Source: Reclinomonas americana ATCC 50394 | Lineage: Eukaryota | Assembly (NCBI GenBank): GCA_048213135.1 | Contig: PS015009.1 | Span: 1,860,001 to 1,924,000 of the forward strand | Direction: 5' to 3' | DNA length: 64,000 nucleotides | In this document: piece after piece, positions 21,606 through 32,341 of the stretch | How positions within the stretch are numbered: position 1 is the stretch's first letter | Layout: each line of letters begins with the position of its first letter | Notes under the pieces: generated by a model | Told to the model about the DNA's origin: nothing | The model's input: the letters and a program-made list of their open reading frames with translations, nothing else | Databases searched by the model: none | Translations under genes and position numbers: made by a program

Positions 21606-23009
21606 ATGCAAAAAGCACAATTCGGAATGATAGGCCTCGGCACTATGGGCCGTAACCTGGTATTGAATATGGCTGACCATGGCATCGCCATTTGTGGTTA
21701 TGACAAGAACCCCGACCAGCAGAAAAGATTACTGGAAGAAGGGCAGGGTAAACCGGTACAGGCCGCGGCCTCAATGCAGGAATTCGTGAACAGCCTGGAA
21801 ACACCGCGCCGCATCATGATGCTGGTACCGGCGGGAAAGATCGTTGACCTGGTTATTGATGAGATCAGTCCCCTGCTGCAACCCGGCGATATCCTGATCG
21901 ACGGCGGCAACTCCCATTTCAGGGATACCGATGCCCGTATTGCCCGGCTGCAACCCACCGGCATACACTTTACCGGTATGGGGGTAAGCGGTGGTGAAGA
22001 TGGCGCCCGCCTTGGTCCGAGTATGATGCCTGGCGGCAATGCACAGGGCTACGCCGAACTGAAAAATATACTGGAAGCCATTGCGGCTAAAACGGAAGAC
22101 GGCCCCTGCGTGACTTTTGTAGGCAATGGTTCGGCAGGACACTATACCAAAATGGTGCACAACGGTATTGAGTACGCCATCATGCAACTGATCAGCGAAG
22201 CGTATATAATACTGAAGCAGGCAGGCGGCTGTAATAACGACGATCTGCATGCCATATTCGATTCCTGGAACCGGGGATCACTGCAATCCTTTTTGGTGGA
22301 GATCACCGCGAAAATATTCCTGCAACCAGATGATGAGGACAACAGCCGCCGCCTGGTGGATATGATCCTCGACCGTGCCGCACAGAAAGGTACCGGTATG
22401 TGGACGAGCAACAGCGCGCTGGAACTGCATGTGCCCACGCCGGGCATCGACGAAGCGGTTGCCGCAAGAGACCTTTCTTCTTACAAAACCGAAAGACAGG
22501 TAGTAGATGGATTCGAAAAGAAGGAGCAGACCGTGGTGGCTGATAAGGCCGGGCTGGTAACCCTGCTGCACGACGCGGTATATTTTGGTATGGCCATCAG
22601 TTATGTGCAGGGCCTGCATTTGCTGCAAACGGCTTCTGTTGCTTACCAGTACGGTATAGACCTGTCGGAGGTTACCCGCATCTGGAAAGGCGGCTGCATC
22701 ATCCGTTCGGCTATGCTCAGCGATATACGGGAAGCCTACCAGCGCACACCGGCATTGGTGAACCTGCTGCTGGACCGCTCCTTCTTCGACAGGCTGGTTA
22801 AACTGCGTACATCCGTTACCGGTATTTTGAAAACAGCCATGGACAATCATATCGCCGTACCCCTGCTCAGCAGCAGCCTGCAATATTTCGATATGTTCCG
22901 CACGGGACGTTCGGGTTCCAACCTGATACAGGCCCAGCGGGATTTCTTTGGGGCACATACGTATGAGCGAACCGATAAAGAAGGCTCCTTTCATAATAAC
23001 TGGAACTGA
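21606..23009 (+). CDS. gndA: NADP-dependent 6-phosphogluconate dehydrogenase
   Basis: GLGTMG, IDGGNS, GVSGGE, KMVHNGIEY, QKGTG, QAQRDFFGAHTY. Confidence 0.97.
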   Translation: MQKAQFGMIGLGTMGRNLVLNMADHGIAICGYDKNPDQQKRLLEEGQGKPVQAAASMQEFVNSLETPRRIMMLVPAGKIVDLVIDEISPLLQPGDILIDGGNSHFRDTDARIARLQPTGIHFTGMGVSGGEDGARLGPSMMPGGNAQGYAELKNILEAIAAKTEDGPCVTFVGNGSAGHYTKMVHNGIEYAIMQLISEAYIILKQAGGCNNDDLHAIFDSWNRGSLQSFLVEITAKIFLQPDDEDNSRRLVDMILDRAAQKGTGMWTSNSALELHVPTPGIDEAVAARDLSSYKTERQVVDGFEKKEQTVVADKAGLVTLLHDAVYFGMAISYVQGLHLLQTASVAYQYGIDLSEVTRIWKGGCIIRSAMLSDIREAYQRTPALVNLLLDRSFFDRLVKLRTSVTGILKTAMDNHIAVPLLSSSLQYFDMFRTGRSGSNLIQAQRDFFGAHTYERTDKEGSFHNNWN

Positions 23010-23033
23010 TCAATATAAAAGCATTTGTCATTC

Positions 23034-24551
23034 ATGAATACATCCACTGTAGCACCTGCCGCCATCGTCATATTTGGAGGAACAGGAGACCTGACCAGGA
23101 GAAAACTGGTGCCCGCACTGTATAATCTTTATCTTACCAAAGACTTGCCGGAGCGTTTCCGCATCATTTTGATCGGCCGCAACGATGATAAAAATGAACA
23201 GTTCAAAAAAGACCTGCTCTCCGGCGTGGAAGAATTTTCCAGGACAGGCAAACCCGACCGCCGCAACTGGCAGGTGTTCAGCAGCAACCTGTATTACCAG
23301 CAGGGGAACTTCCTGGAAGCGTCTACCTATTTAAACCTGAAAAGAGAACTGGAAGATTTTGATAAAGGGCATAAACGCAGCAACCGTATTTTCTATTTTG
23401 CCATTGCACCGCAATTCATTGAAACAGTTTCGAAAGGCTTGTATGACCATAAATTATGTAACAAAGTGCAGTCGGACCGCATTGTTGTGGAAAAGCCATT
23501 CGGTACCGACCTGGACTCCGCCCGCAAACTGAACCGTTTTTTGCAGAAGCGTTTCGCCGAAAACCAGATCTTCCGTATTGATCACTATCTCGGTAAAGAA
23601 ACGGTACAAAATATTATGGCCTTTCGCTTTGCCAATTCCGTGTTTGAGCCGCTGTGGAACAACCGGTTTATCGATCATGTACAGATCAGTGTGGCAGAAC
23701 AGGTGAGTGTGGGCAAACGTGGCAGCTACTACGATGGCAGCGGCGCCCTGCGGGATATGATACAGAATCACCTGATGCAGCTGCTTTGCGTTACAGCGAT
23801 GGAGTGCCCTGGTAAATATGAAGCGGAGTCTATCCGGAATGCCAAAGTAAATGTGCTGAAAGATATGCGTGTTTACGATGAAAAAGCAGTTGCTGCCAAC
23901 ATCGTACGGGGACAGTATACCAATGGTGAAACAACCGGCGGTAAACAGATCGCTTACCGGGAAGAAGAAAACGTGGGGCCCAAGTCCAACACGGAAACCT
24001 ATGTGGCCGCCCGTTTTTATATCGACAATAAAAGATGGAAAGGCGTTCCTTTTTTCCTGCGTACCGGTAAAAGCCTGCCGCTGCAGTCTTCCGTTATCGT
24101 GATCCAGTTCAAAGAATCAGAACATAAAATATTCAGGGATGATACGGTACCCAACCGGCTCATCATCAGTATTCAGCCTGAGCAGGAGATCAGCCTGCTG
24201 TTTGAAAGCAAAGTGCCCGGTGTGCAGATGAAACTGAAACCAGTGGAAATGGATTTCATGTATAAAGAATCGCACAGCGAAGCTTCTCCGGAAGCGTATG
24301 AAACGTTATTGCTGGATGTACTGGAAGGCGATGCCACCCTGTTTATGCGCAACGACCAGGTGGAAGCGGCCTGGAAAATAGTGATGCCCATCATTAATGC
24401 CTGGAAAAAAACCGGTAAAGGATTGAAGACCTATAAAGCCGGCTCCTGGGGGCCGCTGGCGGCAACGCAACTGCTGAAGCCATTCTCGAAAGAATGGATA
24501 TTACTGCCCGGTGTAAAAAATAAATTAGAATGGAAACCAACAACACCATAA
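23034..24551 (+). CDS. zwf: Glucose-6-phosphate 1-dehydrogenase
   Basis: GGTGDL, EKPFG, RIDHYLGKE, DMIQNH, RWKGVPF. Confidence 0.97.
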   Translation: MNTSTVAPAAIVIFGGTGDLTRRKLVPALYNLYLTKDLPERFRIILIGRNDDKNEQFKKDLLSGVEEFSRTGKPDRRNWQVFSSNLYYQQGNFLEASTYLNLKRELEDFDKGHKRSNRIFYFAIAPQFIETVSKGLYDHKLCNKVQSDRIVVEKPFGTDLDSARKLNRFLQKRFAENQIFRIDHYLGKETVQNIMAFRFANSVFEPLWNNRFIDHVQISVAEQVSVGKRGSYYDGSGALRDMIQNHLMQLLCVTAMECPGKYEAESIRNAKVNVLKDMRVYDEKAVAANIVRGQYTNGETTGGKQIAYREEENVGPKSNTETYVAARFYIDNKRWKGVPFFLRTGKSLPLQSSVIVIQFKESEHKIFRDDTVPNRLIISIQPEQEISLLFESKVPGVQMKLKPVEMDFMYKESHSEASPEAYETLLLDVLEGDATLFMRNDQVEAAWKIVMPIINAWKKTGKGLKTYKAGSWGPLAATQLLKPFSKEWILLPGVKNKLEWKPTTP

Positions 24552-25259
24552 GAACCGTTTGGCCCGATGCCACCGAACTGGCCACCGCTGCAGCTCATTT
24601 GATCGTTACGCTGAGCAACGAGGCCGTGGCACGAAAAGGAAGTTTCAGTATGGCCTTGTCGGGAGGCAATACGCCTAAACTGTTGTTCGAGTTATTGTCA
24701 TACCCTCCATTCGTTAATAATATCCCCTGGAAAAAAACGGTCATCGCTTTTGGTGACGAACGTTTTGTACCCCACAGCAGCGACGAAAGCAATTATAAAA
24801 TGGCGAATGCGGCTTTACTGGATCATGTGCCACTGGTCAAGAAAAACATATTGCCTGTTCAAACGGAAAAGATCACGCCCGGTAAAGCGGCTCAGCAATA
24901 TGAACAAAAGCTAAAACGGCACATAACCGCACAACACCCTTTCGACCTGGTATTGCTGGGCATCGGCGACGAGGGGCATACCGCTTCTATATTCCCGGGC
25001 AGCCCTTTGCTGGAGGATAAAAAAAAACTGGGTAAAGGAAATTTGGGTGCAGGAAAAGAACAGTCACCGCATCAGCTTCACCATGCCCTTCATTAACAAA
25101 ACCCGGCATATCGCCTTTCTTGTAAGTGGAGAAGGTAAGGCGGCAATCACTCAAAAGGTGTTCTCGGGTAAACACCCCCACCTTCCTGCCGCACAGGTAC
25201 AGGCAAAAGAGCAACTGTACTGGTTTCTTGATGAAGCAGCAGCAAGTTTCCTGAAATAA
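24530..25259 (+). pseudogene. pgl: 6-phosphogluconolactonase, split by a +1 frameshift in an A9 run (25019-25027); probably a sequencing error
   Basis: LSGGNTP, GDERFVP, LGIGDEGHTASIFP; continues as HRISFTMP..VSGEGKA..WFLDEAAA in another frame. Confidence 0.88.
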
Positions 25260-25340
25260 CCGGCACTATCCGGGGTCTGTCGTCGGTTGTCCGTCGTCAT
25301 CCCCTGTCTGCCTTATTTGTCTTACATTCGCCCCTCAATT

Positions 25341-26825
25341 ATGATCACAGAAAACAATAAAACCTGCGCCATTATTGGTGCCGGGGTATCAGGTATCGCG
25401 GCCTCCATCCGCATGAGGAACAAAGGGTATAAAGTATCCGTTTTTGAGGCCAATTCTTTTCCGGGCGGGAAATTGTCATCCGAAGTAAATAATGGCTACC
25501 GGTTCGATATGGGCCCGTCTGTATTTACCATGCCGCAATACGTGGATGAATTGTTTGAACTGTCCGGAAAAAATCCCAGGGATTATTTTAATTATATCCC
25601 GCTCAACCCTGTATACAAATATTTTTTTGAGGACGGTACCGTACTGGACGCCTATCATGATAAAGAAGATTTCGCGGCGGCCATGTCGAAACTGACAAAA
25701 GATTCCAAAGAAGATATTGTCCGTTACCTCAACAAAACAGAAAAAATATACGACCTCACCGCCGAAGTATTCCTGCACAATTCCCTGCATCGCCTGAAGA
25801 ATTTTTTCACCTGGCCGGTATTGAAGGGCATCATCAATTTTGGTAAGATCGGTGCTTTCGACACTATGAACAGCGCCAATGAAAAGGCTTTTAAAGATCC
25901 GCGGCTGGTACAGATATTCAATCGCTATGCTACGTACAACGGCTCAAGTCCTTACCTGTCGCCCGCCACGCTTAATGTGATCGCTCATGTGGAGATCGTG
26001 GAAGGCGCTTTCTATCCTGTAGGCGGCATGTACAGCATTACCAAATCGCTGGTACAACTGGCGAAAGACATTGGTGTGGAATTTCATTTCTCCACACCGG
26101 TGAGAGAAATTGTAATAGAGAATAAAAAGATCAAAGGCATACGCACCGATAACGGCAATCTTAATTTCGATGTGGTGATCAGTAATATGGACGTCTACAA
26201 CAGTTATCATAAACTGATGTCGTCGGAAAAGAAACCGGAGAAAACGCTGTCGCAGCCCAAATCCAGTTCCGGTGTCATTTTTTACTGGGGCATTAAAAAG
26301 GAATTCAAAGAATTGAGCCTGCATAACATCCTTTTCAGTGAGAACTATGAAGAGGAGTTTGACACCATCTTCTCTAAAAAAAGCATTTACCACGACCCCA
26401 CTGTATACCTCAACATCACCAGCAAGCACACACCCGAAGATGCGCCGCCCGGTTGCGAGAACTGGTTCTCCTTTATCAATGTGCCCAACAACAGCGGGCA
26501 GGACTGGGACCAGCTCATTGCCCAGGCACGGGAGAGCATTATTCAAAAAGTGAACCGCTTGCTGAAGACGGATATCCGCCCGCTGATAGAAGCCGAACTG
26601 GTATTTGATCCCCGGGTAATAGAAAAAAGGACCTCCAGTGCTTTCGGGGCTATTTACGGCAACAGTTCCAACAATAAATTCGCCGCCTTCCTGCGCCATG
26701 CCAACTTCTCAAAAACCGTTGAAAACCTGTATTTCTGCGGTGGCAGCGTTCACCCAGGGCCCAGCATCCCGCTTTGTTTATTGTCGGCCAAAATAACCAC
26801 CGGCCTTGTTAAACAGCCTAAATGA
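25341..26825 (+). CDS. crtD: CrtI-family desaturase, probably 1-hydroxycarotenoid 3,4-desaturase
   Basis: IIGAGVSG, GYRFDMGPSVFTMP, FNRYATYNGS, YGNSSN, GGSVHPG; ATG25341 follows a TAcaTTCG element. Confidence 0.8.
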   Translation: MITENNKTCAIIGAGVSGIAASIRMRNKGYKVSVFEANSFPGGKLSSEVNNGYRFDMGPSVFTMPQYVDELFELSGKNPRDYFNYIPLNPVYKYFFEDGTVLDAYHDKEDFAAAMSKLTKDSKEDIVRYLNKTEKIYDLTAEVFLHNSLHRLKNFFTWPVLKGIINFGKIGAFDTMNSANEKAFKDPRLVQIFNRYATYNGSSPYLSPATLNVIAHVEIVEGAFYPVGGMYSITKSLVQLAKDIGVEFHFSTPVREIVIENKKIKGIRTDNGNLNFDVVISNMDVYNSYHKLMSSEKKPEKTLSQPKSSSGVIFYWGIKKEFKELSLHNILFSENYEEEFDTIFSKKSIYHDPTVYLNITSKHTPEDAPPGCENWFSFINVPNNSGQDWDQLIAQARESIIQKVNRLLKTDIRPLIEAELVFDPRVIEKRTSSAFGAIYGNSSNNKFAAFLRHANFSKTVENLYFCGGSVHPGPSIPLCLLSAKITTGLVKQPK

Positions 26826-26908
26826 CCCGTTAAGGGGATTTGACCTAAATTTGCAGCCCGGTAAAGCCTGCAAAGCTTTTCCGCAGCCCATTACGGGGAC
26901 TATTGAAT

Positions 26909-27661
26909 ATGGAACAGAACGCGATCATAGAAATTGAGAACCTGACCAAAACCTTCCGGGAGGCGATGGAACCGGCGGTGCGGGGCATCTCTTTTTCCAT
27001 TTACCGCAACGAAATATTCGGACTGCTGGGGCCTAATGGGGCCGGAAAGACGACCACCATATCCATCCTCTGCGGACTGTTCCCGGCATCAGGCGGCAAA
27101 GTGCTGATCGATGGCAACGACCTGCACAGCGAACTGCCCAGGATACGGCCCATCATTGGCGTAGTACCGCAGGACATTGCCCTTTATCCCACCCTCACCG
27201 CCAGGGAGAACCTCGATTTTTACGGGCATATGTACGGACTGAAGGGAAGAGACCTGAAAACAAGGATCGATTCCTGGCTCGAAAAATTCGGGCTCACGGA
27301 TGCCGCCGACCGCCTGGTGTCTAAATTCTCCGGCGGTATGAAAAGAAGGGTGAACCTGATCGCAGGCGTACTGCACGAACCCAAAATATTATTCCTGGAT
27401 GAACCCACCGTAGGCGTGGACGTTCACAGCCGCAATGTGATCATAGAACATTTGAAAGAGGTGAATGCTTCGGGCACCACCATCATTTATACATCGCACC
27501 ATATGGATGAGGCGGAAGATTTTTGCACCCGCGTTTCCATTATCGACAACGGAACCATCATTACGCAGGGTACGCCTGCCGAACTGATCGCTTCGAATTC
27601 CGGCTGTCATGACCTGGAAGATGTTTTTTTACACCTGACCAAAAGAAAACTGAGGGACTAA
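26909..27661 (+). CDS. ABC-2 exporter ATP-binding protein
   Basis: GPNGAGKT, FSGGMKRR, LDEPTVGVD. Confidence 0.95.
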   Translation: MEQNAIIEIENLTKTFREAMEPAVRGISFSIYRNEIFGLLGPNGAGKTTTISILCGLFPASGGKVLIDGNDLHSELPRIRPIIGVVPQDIALYPTLTARENLDFYGHMYGLKGRDLKTRIDSWLEKFGLTDAADRLVSKFSGGMKRRVNLIAGVLHEPKILFLDEPTVGVDVHSRNVIIEHLKEVNASGTTIIYTSHHMDEAEDFCTRVSIIDNGTIITQGTPAELIASNSGCHDLEDVFLHLTKRKLRD

Positions 27662-28953
27662 TGATCAGCAAATTACTGGCATCGGTGAAGAAAGAATTCC
27701 TCCTGCTCATACGGGATAAGATCGGCTTGTCCATACTCTTCATTATGCCCATGATCCTGATACTGGTGATGACGCTGGTGCAGGATGCGGCCTTCCGCAC
27801 CATCAACGAAAAAGGTATTCCTATTGTGCTGGTGAACAACGACAATGATTCACTGGGTATACTCATCAAAAAAGGGTTGAGCAATAACGAACTCTGCAGC
27901 CTTTCCGACTCTATCGACGGGCGGCCCGCCGATGCCGTGCTGGCGCAGAAAGCCGTAGCTGAAGGCCGTTTTCTCGTAGGCATCATTATACCAAAAGGCG
28001 CTACCGATGCCATCAGGCGTAACGTAACCCGGCTGGTAAGTGAAACGATAGGCGACGACAGTGCTACGCATAAACGGCTGGTACTGGATGATTCGGTAGA
28101 GATCAATATCCTCATCGATCCTGTTACCAAAAAATCGGTACTCAGTTCCATCATGAGTAACCTGCGGGAATTTATTTCCGAGGTAAAGACCAAAGTTATG
28201 TTCGAAACTTTTTCCGACCAGGTTGCCGATATCATCCCCGATAAAAGTAAAAAACCCGCTCATGCTTTTGAGCGGTCGCAGATCATCAGGTATAACGAAA
28301 TATACGCTTCCACTACAGAGCAGAAGATCATTCCTAATGCGGTACAGCACAATGTGCCGGCCTGGGCCATCTTCGCCATGTTCTTTATTGCCATACCCCT
28401 TTCGGGTAGTATCATGAAAGAAAAGAATGAAGGCAGCGTGTTCCGTTTGTATACCATGCCCAGCAGTTATCTGCTGCTCGTGAATGGTAAGATCATTGTA
28501 TATGTGATCGTGTGCACCATCCAGTTCCTGCTCATGCTTTCGGTGGGCCTGTACATATTGCCCATGCTCGGCCTGCCCGCGCTGGTACTGGGCAACAGCT
28601 ACCCGGGCATACTCCTGCTTACTATGGCTACCGCTTTTGCGGCAACGGGCTACGGTGTAATGGTGGGAACGCTGGCAGGCACCGAACACCAGGCGGCTAT
28701 TGTAGGCGCCTTGTCTATTTTGCTGTTGTCGGCGCTGGGGGGAATTTGGGTACCCACCTATGTAATGCCGGAAATTATGCGTACTATTAGCGCTTTCTCG
28801 CCCCTGAACTGGGCGCTGGAAGGGTTTTATAAATTATTCCTGAGAGGAGGCAACATGGCATCCGTTGTACCCCAGGCCATTAAATTGTTTATTTTCTTTA
28901 TTGCCACCATGACGGTGTCCTCAGTTGTGAACCGTGTAAAAAGAAAGACCTGA
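27661..28953 (+). CDS. ABC-2 exporter permease
   Basis: KEFLLLIRD, large periplasmic loop, QHNVPAW, LGGIWVP, SPLNW. Confidence 0.92.
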   Translation: MISKLLASVKKEFLLLIRDKIGLSILFIMPMILILVMTLVQDAAFRTINEKGIPIVLVNNDNDSLGILIKKGLSNNELCSLSDSIDGRPADAVLAQKAVAEGRFLVGIIIPKGATDAIRRNVTRLVSETIGDDSATHKRLVLDDSVEINILIDPVTKKSVLSSIMSNLREFISEVKTKVMFETFSDQVADIIPDKSKKPAHAFERSQIIRYNEIYASTTEQKIIPNAVQHNVPAWAIFAMFFIAIPLSGSIMKEKNEGSVFRLYTMPSSYLLLVNGKIIVYVIVCTIQFLLMLSVGLYILPMLGLPALVLGNSYPGILLLTMATAFAATGYGVMVGTLAGTEHQAAIVGALSILLLSALGGIWVPTYVMPEIMRTISAFSPLNWALEGFYKLFLRGGNMASVVPQAIKLFIFFIATMTVSSVVNRVKRKT

Positions 28954-28955
28954 TT

Positions 28956-29213
28956 ATGGATGAAGTGATCATTATTGAAGAGATTAAAAAATATATCCAG
29001 TCGCATATCCTGGCCAGTGAAGTAACACTGGAAGCGGATACTGTATTGCAGGAAGCGGGTGTGGACTCCTTTTCTATTGTAGAGATCATCCTGTTTATTG
29101 AAAGACAATATGGTGTGGGTATTCCGGATGAAAAGTTGCTGCCCGAAAATTTCAGGACCCTGCGTGCGCTGGCCGCCACGGTGCAGGAACTCACCTCCAA
29201 AGCTGCGTTGTAA
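28956..29213 (+). CDS. Acyl/peptidyl carrier protein
   Basis: 85 aa, acidic, GVDSF phosphopantetheine-attachment motif. Confidence 0.88.
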   Translation: MDEVIIIEEIKKYIQSHILASEVTLEADTVLQEAGVDSFSIVEIILFIERQYGVGIPDEKLLPENFRTLRALAATVQELTSKAAL

Positions 29214-29218
29214 ACCGG

Positions 29219-30526
29219 ATGAAAGCTTTTGATACCACATCTCTCCCGGGCAAAGTTCCCCTCAGCGGTTCCGACTGTTTTCACCTGGTGCTCGACAGGC
29301 ATGCCCGCAGGCACAACTCCGGCAGTAATGTGATGCGTATCGTTTTTTATTTCGGTAAACGCATATCCGCCGAAAAGATTGGTGATGAACTGAAGCGATC
29401 GCCGCTTATTCACTGGCTCTGCAATATCAAACTGGTGCCGGGCTCTTTATTCAGCATTCCTTACTGGAAATATACGGATGAAGGCAGGGACATCATCATC
29501 AGCGAGCACCATCACGATGTGATCAACGATATTCCGGAAGTGGTGATGAAAAGGGATATTCCTGTAGATGCCAAACGATTCATCGACTGCGACATCATTC
29601 ATTATGCCGCACACAGCTCACTCGTCATTTCCTGGAATCATATAGTTATGGACGGCCGCGGTATTGGTATGCTGGTGCAGCACCTGAACGAGATCAGCAG
29701 CGGAGGTACTGTTCATCCTGTGGAAGTATTATTTCCTCAAAAAGAAAAAAAGACCGGCATTGTCACTTATATCCGCAACATGTATAAAGTGAAGCGGTTC
29801 ATACAGGAATCCTCTAAATCACCGATAGCATCTGTAGCGGATAAAAAGTCCACAAGCGCGGAACACTTTGATAACTACCTTATGTATTTTTCAAAGGAAG
29901 AAACGCGGCAGATACAAACCAACGCGTTTAAGAATGGTGCCCGTTTTGGTGCCAACCTTTTCTACCTGTCCTGCTGCGCCCATACCGTGAACCATATCAA
30001 TGAGCAACGCGGCCGGCAGGGAACGATGTGGATGCCCATTCCTTATGACGGCAGGCTGCGTGGCGCCTTTGGTCCGGTGATCTCCAATTCGGTGGCCTAT
30101 CTTTTTTACCGGGTGCCGCAAACCGAACTGGCATCTGTACCGCAAACGGTTAAATGTATGGGCGACCAGATGACCGGGCAGATGAAACAAAACATGCCGC
30201 AGCAGTATGGCATGCTCCTCAACATGATGAGGCATATCCCTTTATGGCTGTACTACTTCCTCATCAACCGTACCGGAGAAGGTACTTTTGCCAGTTTCCT
30301 CTATTCGTCTACCGGGGAGTATTTTAATAATGTATCCACCCTCTTTGGCGAAAAAGTGGAGCAGCTGACCATCTTTCCTTCGCCTACATTCCCACCGGGG
30401 CTTACCTTTTCTTTCCTGAAGCACGATGGCGCACTGAACATAAATATTGCCTATTCGTCGGACATAATTAGTAATATTGAACTCGAAACTATTGAGAACA
30501 AGTTAAGGAGCCTGCTATTGGCATAA
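29219..30526 (+). CDS. Stand-alone condensation-domain / CoA-dependent acyltransferase-like protein
   Basis: WNHIVMDGRG matches the HxxxDG catalytic motif; about 435 aa; next to the carrier protein. Confidence 0.65.
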   Translation: MKAFDTTSLPGKVPLSGSDCFHLVLDRHARRHNSGSNVMRIVFYFGKRISAEKIGDELKRSPLIHWLCNIKLVPGSLFSIPYWKYTDEGRDIIISEHHHDVINDIPEVVMKRDIPVDAKRFIDCDIIHYAAHSSLVISWNHIVMDGRGIGMLVQHLNEISSGGTVHPVEVLFPQKEKKTGIVTYIRNMYKVKRFIQESSKSPIASVADKKSTSAEHFDNYLMYFSKEETRQIQTNAFKNGARFGANLFYLSCCAHTVNHINEQRGRQGTMWMPIPYDGRLRGAFGPVISNSVAYLFYRVPQTELASVPQTVKCMGDQMTGQMKQNMPQQYGMLLNMMRHIPLWLYYFLINRTGEGTFASFLYSSTGEYFNNVSTLFGEKVEQLTIFPSPTFPPGLTFSFLKHDGALNINIAYSSDIISNIELETIENKLRSLLLA

Positions 30527-30529
30527 CGG

Positions 30530-31777
30530 ATGCAAACCATCATACATACCGATGTAGTTATTTTGGGCGGAGGTTCTGCGGGTGTAGCGGCCGCGGCGGC
30601 CGCGGCGGAAACGGGACTGAAAGTAACCCTTATAGAACGCAATGCTTTTTTGGGTGGTAAGGCCACAGCGGCGGAAGTAGGCACGGTTTGCGGATTGTAT
30701 AAGTTCAGCAAAAAAGAAGAACCCGAATACATCGCCAATGGTTTTGTTAAACAATTCGCGGAGGCACTGAAGCGGGGCTCCCATACAGAAGCACTGCACA
30801 ACAATACCGGTCTTCATTATCTTCCCTACAACATCGAGGTGTTTAAAAAGAACTGTGAAGTATTGCTTCGCGAAAGGGGTGTAAAAGTATACCTGGGTTC
30901 TACTCTTCATACCATCAGCATCAGTGAAGGCAGCATCGAATCAATCACGGTAAGTACTGGTGACAGCACCCTGCAACTGCACCTGAAATCGGTGATCGAC
31001 TGCTCCGGCGACAGCGTCATCAGCCAGTTTGCCAACCTGCCACTGATCAAAAGCGATAACTACCAGGCCGCGGCGCAGGTATTCACCCTGAAAGGTGTAA
31101 CCGAAACCAGTGAAGTTAGACTGGGTATGGTGCTGATGAAGGTCCTGCGCCAGGCGATCGTTGATAAAAAACTCGACCACTATTTCGATCGTGTATACAT
31201 TGTACAGGGATCGCTGAAGAACAATACCGTAAGTATTAAAATCGGCATCCCGCTCCCGGTTACCCATACACCAGAAAACCTGCTGGAACTGAAGATCACG
31301 GCGCATGCTTTTGTAAAAACACTGACCGACTTTCTTGTTAAAAATGTCCCTTCATTTCATGAAGCCAGTCTCCAGCACATTGCTCCCGAGATAGGTGTGC
31401 GGGTGGGTGTACGTACCGCCGGCAAATACATCCTTACAGAGGACGACGTACTCAGCTGCCGCAAATTTGATGACGCCATCGCCAACGCTTCCTGGCCCAT
31501 AGAGGAATGGGAACAGAACAGGCGTGTAAAGATGCGCTACTTTCAAACCGACGATTATTACCAGGTCCCTGCGGGCTGCCTGCAATCCGAAACCGTTGGT
31601 AACCTGTTCACTGCCGGGCGCAATATCTCCGCCACCGACAGCGCCATCGCCAGTGCCCGGGTAATGGGCATCTGCCTGCAAACGGGTTATGCTGCCGGCA
31701 AACTGGCCGCCGCAAAAGCCCTGTCACTCCCCGCCGGTAAAGCGGTACAGCAGATACAGGAAGAGCTTTTCCGTTAA
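30530..31777 (+). CDS. FAD-dependent oxidoreductase
   Basis: DVVILGGGSAGVAAA, IDCSGD, YQVPAGCL, AGRNIS, ARVMG. Confidence 0.88.
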   Translation: MQTIIHTDVVILGGGSAGVAAAAAAAETGLKVTLIERNAFLGGKATAAEVGTVCGLYKFSKKEEPEYIANGFVKQFAEALKRGSHTEALHNNTGLHYLPYNIEVFKKNCEVLLRERGVKVYLGSTLHTISISEGSIESITVSTGDSTLQLHLKSVIDCSGDSVISQFANLPLIKSDNYQAAAQVFTLKGVTETSEVRLGMVLMKVLRQAIVDKKLDHYFDRVYIVQGSLKNNTVSIKIGIPLPVTHTPENLLELKITAHAFVKTLTDFLVKNVPSFHEASLQHIAPEIGVRVGVRTAGKYILTEDDVLSCRKFDDAIANASWPIEEWEQNRRVKMRYFQTDDYYQVPAGCLQSETVGNLFTAGRNISATDSAIASARVMGICLQTGYAAGKLAAAKALSLPAGKAVQQIQEELFR

Positions 31778-31869
31778 TCACCGCCTTTCATTTACACATT
31801 CTTAATCTAGGTTATTGGAACAGGGTATCCTGTCTGCGTAGTTTTGTATTCCTAAAAAAGGAGATCATC

Positions 31870-32238
31870 ATGAACAAATGGAATATCATGCTCGTAGAAA
31901 GTAACGGAGATCATCGCAATGATGCCCTTGGCCGGTTGGGAGCAGAGCCTTCATGGGACGTTACGGCCGTTATGAACGCTGAAGAAGCGATCAGTTTACT
32001 GTACCGCCAGCCGGTCGACGTATTGGTACTGGGCAGTATGGATGAAACTGAGGAACGCAAGCTGCGCCGTGTGGCTGCTTATCACCAGCCTGAATTGCTG
32101 ATGGTAACACTCACACAGGAAGACCTGGCAGAAAGAGTGGCTCACGCCATTGCCCTGCTGGAAACCGGTAAACGGCCGGCGTTTCGTTTTGTAGACGATG
32201 CCCTTAAACATGCGGGCATACCTGTAATGGTTCAGTAA
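31870..32238 (+). CDS. Hypothetical protein, degenerate receiver-like fold
   Basis: IMLVE..AEEAI..VDVLVL pattern; first gene of the pirin cluster. Confidence 0.55.
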   Translation: MNKWNIMLVESNGDHRNDALGRLGAEPSWDVTAVMNAEEAISLLYRQPVDVLVLGSMDETEERKLRRVAAYHQPELLMVTLTQEDLAERVAHAIALLETGKRPAFRFVDDALKHAGIPVMVQ

Positions 32239-32341
32239 AGCACTACTGTACAAGAATGCGATCCCGACCTTCAGTACGGGACAAGCTGGAACTGCAGTTG
32301 GGTATTGTACCGCTGCTGATCAACAAAAAAATAAAAATAGT

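Noticed and set aside
21606-25259. Functional link between gnd-zwf-pgl and the flanking carotenoid genes
   Set aside because: An ordinary oxidative pentose-phosphate operon; adjacency alone is not evidence.
26909-31777. Flexirubin or aryl-polyene cluster
   Set aside because: The ABC pair and ACP are compatible, but no ketosynthase or DarAB-like genes are present in the window.
31800-31818. Possible Crp/Fnr-type site (cttaatctaggttatt) upstream of the pirin cluster
   Set aside because: The palindrome is imperfect and single-copy, too weak to call.
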